A stretch of 64,000 nucleotides of DNA from an uncultured Chlamydiae bacterium (lineage in GTDB: Bacteria; Chlamydiota; Chlamydiia; Chlamydiales; Parachlamydiaceae): NCBI GenBank assembly GCA_963754655.1, contig CAVWGN010000001.1, positions 2,048,001 to 2,112,000 on the forward strand. Direction: 5' to 3'. Below, piece after piece: positions 61,525 through 64,000 of the stretch. Within the stretch, counting starts at the first letter, position 1. Every line of letters starts with the position of its first letter. The notes beneath the pieces are model-generated. The model made no database searches. It saw only the letters and a program-made list of their open reading frames with translations, and had not been told where the DNA came from. The position numbers were made by a program, and so were the translations under genes.

Positions 61525-62574
61525 ATGAGCAAAATGTTCTTCATGGGCAAAATGTTATTGTCATTGCATATTTTGATGCTGCCTATACTTCTAACAGCCG
61601 TTCCAGAAATGAATGGTAGTGAAGGCAAAGTTCATCCGGAGCTTTTAACAGAAAATGTGAAAATTAACAATAGAGACCCATTGTCTGATGCTTTGATAAC
61701 TGGCTGTAAAGCTCCAAAACTGTGTCGTCGCGGGGCAACAGGAGCCACAGGAGCTACAGGTGCAACAGGAGCTACAGGATCAACAGGATCAACAGGAGCT
61801 ACAGGATCAACAGGATCAACAGGAGCAACAGGTGCAACAGGATCAACAGGGCCAACAGGTAGTTGCAGTGGTTGCAATAGTGGATGCCTTGTAGGGGAAG
61901 TAACGACCTTTTTTAGCCCCTCTGGAGCTACTGGCTGCATTGGAACGACTGAAACTTTCGGAGTGTCCCCCTCCGTAGCAGTAACAGCCTATAACAAACC
62001 CAGTCTTAGTCAGCCTTCTGGTGGACTTTTGAATTTATATAACAAGAATGACATGTTTGGAGAACAAGGAGTTGGCATTTGTGGTAGTGGTCCTGACAAT
62101 GAGATTAGCGCATTTAATTTCATCCAAATCGATCTCTCAAACCTTCAGACAATGACACCTCCTCCCAGTATGATTGATCTCACGATCCAAAGTATTCAAA
62201 ATAATGAGGGATTTGCTGTCTATAGTACCAATACAGCAGGCCAGTTGGGTACAACGCTAGTTGCCCAAGGTGCGAATCCACCTGGCGCTGTCGTTCAAAC
62301 GGTTCCCATCTCATTTGTTAATGCATCAGGTAATATCGTGATTCCGAATTACCTCAGCGTTACTGCGAATGCGGGAGACGTTTTATTGAGCAGCGTATCA
62401 ATCCCTAAGTGCGATACAATCAATGCACCTCTTATACTTGTTGTCCCCAGTAATATCGGCATGACTTCTAATATTGCTGGTAGCTTTATCGGACAAATTG
62501 CCTTCTTCCAAAATCCTGGCCTAATAGGGTTATGGGTTTGGAATGGATCGCAATGGCTGCAGGCGACTCCTTAA
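61525..62574 (+). CDS. Secreted collagen-like (Gly-X-Thr) protein
   Basis: N-terminal signal-like segment, 14 G-X-T triplets (about 61732-61860) between Cys clusters, beta-rich C-terminal domain. Confidence 0.8.
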   Translation: MSKMFFMGKMLLSLHILMLPILLTAVPEMNGSEGKVHPELLTENVKINNRDPLSDALITGCKAPKLCRRGATGATGATGATGATGSTGSTGATGSTGSTGATGATGSTGPTGSCSGCNSGCLVGEVTTFFSPSGATGCIGTTETFGVSPSVAVTAYNKPSLSQPSGGLLNLYNKNDMFGEQGVGICGSGPDNEISAFNFIQIDLSNLQTMTPPPSMIDLTIQSIQNNEGFAVYSTNTAGQLGTTLVAQGANPPGAVVQTVPISFVNASGNIVIPNYLSVTANAGDVLLSSVSIPKCDTINAPLILVVPSNIGMTSNIAGSFIGQIAFFQNPGLIGLWVWNGSQWLQATP

Positions 62575-62654
62575 TGATGCTGTTTTCTGAGGATCTGCGA
62601 CAGCTTAATGGGACATTCGCTGTCTTTTCAAACTTTTGATGACGGATTGTCTCT

Positions 62655-62693
62655 CTAGTCCAAGATGTCAATTCAATTGATATCTTGGACTAG
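62655..62693. repeat. Mini CTAG-bounded palindrome
   Basis: CTAG-TCCAAGATGTCAATT-C-AATTGATATCTTGGA-CTAG; shares its right CTAG with element copy 5. Confidence 0.7.
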
Positions 62694-63322
62694 TACTCAA
62701 CCACATTAGTTTTGCGTATTGGGATTGCTTCAAAGCCCGAGGTTGGGATGAGATGATTCTCTTGTAGTCCTTCAGACTACATGACGAGGGCTAATCTAAC
62801 CCAGAGCTAGGGTGTTCATTTTGTGCAAAAAATGAGCTTTATTTTTCACAATAATTGGCATAGTTGAATTGAAGGTCGCATGTTTATGCCGTCCTTTCAG
62901 GACTCGATGTCTTTTTGATAGAACCCAGGCCTCCGCTTCGCTGCGACCTGGGCTGTAACATGACGGCCCTTCAGGCCTTAACAAAAAGATGATTTAGGGA
63001 GATTATAGAAGAGGGACTTAAACATCTCTTGTTAAGGCCTGAAGGGCCGTCATGTTACAGCCCAGGTCGCAGCGAAGCGGAGGCCTGGGTTCTATCAAAA
63101 AGACATCGAGTCCTGAAAAGACGGCATAAACATGCGACCTTCAATTCAACTATGCCAATTATTGTGAAAAATAAAGCTCATTTTTTGCACAAAATGAACA
63201 CCCTAGCTCTGGGTTAGATTAGCCCTCGTCATGTAGTCTGAAGGACTACAAGAGAATCATCTCATCCCAACCTCGGGCTTTAGCGGTTCCAATGGGCTAA
63301 AACTAATATGGTTGAGTACTAG
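62690..63322. mobile_element. Composite palindromic element copy 5: shell, two half-B arms and core A (62808-63205)
   Basis: 633 bp palindrome with CTAG at both ends and three nested layers. Confidence 0.92.
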
Positions 63323-63361
63323 GATAAAATCCATTAGGCAAGCGCAATGCCTGCCATAGAA

Positions 63362-64000
63362 TTAATGAAGCTCAACTAAAGAAGCATTTTTCTCCCAAGC
63401 CCTACTATAGAATCGCCAAGTATAAAGGACAGCAGCAAGTAAGGTATACAGGGAGCATATTCCAAGCGCCGTTTCAATTGAACCTTCTTGCCGTACAACA
63501 ACGATATAAACCGGAATAACCATAAACAACCAAATTGAGCAGCTGCCGCCAATTAAAAGAAAAAGGGTATCAGCTGCTGCATTTAAAGCTCCACTGATCA
63601 CAAGGCGAATTCCCTCAAAATATTTATAAATGACAGCATTTCCTAATCCAAAGATGAGAGAGGAAACGAGAAGAGCTTGCTCAGATGCGGTTGCAGAATC
63701 GAGAAACCAATCAATGATGAATTGATGCATCCCCCACAATAAAAGTGCGAAACAAACAGCAAAGCAAGTCATCAAAATAAAACCTGAACGGACCAATTTA
63801 AACAGAACGTCAGGACGTTTGCCTCCTAACGCATTGCCCGCAAGTGTTGCAATAGCCCGTGAAAGTCCCTCACCAAAAAAGTTGAATAAAATGAGAATAT
63901 TTTGAACAATTCCCGCAACCGTTAAATGATTTTTACCCAAGGTAGCCATCATTTTGTAGAAGATAGCCCAGCCTGCAACCTCTAAGAGACTAAAAAAGGC
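63362..64000 (-). CDS. MATE family efflux transporter, 5' part beyond window
   Basis: Multi-TM ORF open to window end; GEGLSRAIATLAGNALG and SGALNAAADT motifs of the MATE second repeat. Confidence 0.82.
   Translation of the reverse strand, partial: AFFSLLEVAGWAIFYKMMATLGKNHLTVAGIVQNILILFNFFGEGLSRAIATLAGNALGGKRPDVLFKLVRSGFILMTCFAVCFALLLWGMHQFIIDWFLDSATASEQALLVSSLIFGLGNAVIYKYFEGIRLVISGALNAAADTLFLLIGGSCSIWLFMVIPVYIVVVRQEGSIETALGICSLYTLLAAVLYTWRFYSRAWEKNASLVELH

Noticed and set aside
3260..63217. Repeated 61-69 aa ORFs MLRPEGPSCYSPGRSEAEAWV... as a small gene family or toxin-antitoxin pair
   Set aside because: They are translations of the palindromic arms: TTG starts, stops vary with flanking module, and arms at 30238-30412 and in copy 4 are frameshifted.

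Overview
AT-rich bacterial chromosome segment whose gene order and proteins point to an environmental chlamydia (Parachlamydiaceae-like). Housekeeping blocks: malQ (partial), a SirB1/TPR protein, pduO, ispG, clpB, sthA, rpmB; rpmE2-prfA-prmC-ffh-rpsP-trmD-rplS-rnhB ... yicC-gmk-rpoZ-metG; tadA, rpsO-pnp, ftsH-tilS, lptF/lptG and a partial MATE. These are interrupted by putative host-directed effector genes: a ~13 kb tandem array of seven F-box/LRR paralogs with an NLS-like motif, a candidate ADP-ribosyltransferase-fold protein, two adjacent OTU-type deubiquitinases, two more F-box proteins, a MORN protein and a collagen-like protein. The most unusual feature is non-coding. A family of long (0.2-0.8 kb) palindromic non-autonomous elements is built like Russian dolls: a CTAG-duplicating outer shell, inner modules docking at a CCC(N)GGG site, and REP-like triple-hairpin cores. 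They insert into each other, show a filled/empty site pair inside the window, and carry copy-specific mutations mirrored on both arms. No transposase, rRNA, tRNA or CRISPR array was recognised. All protein calls are by motif recognition and synteny recall, not database search.
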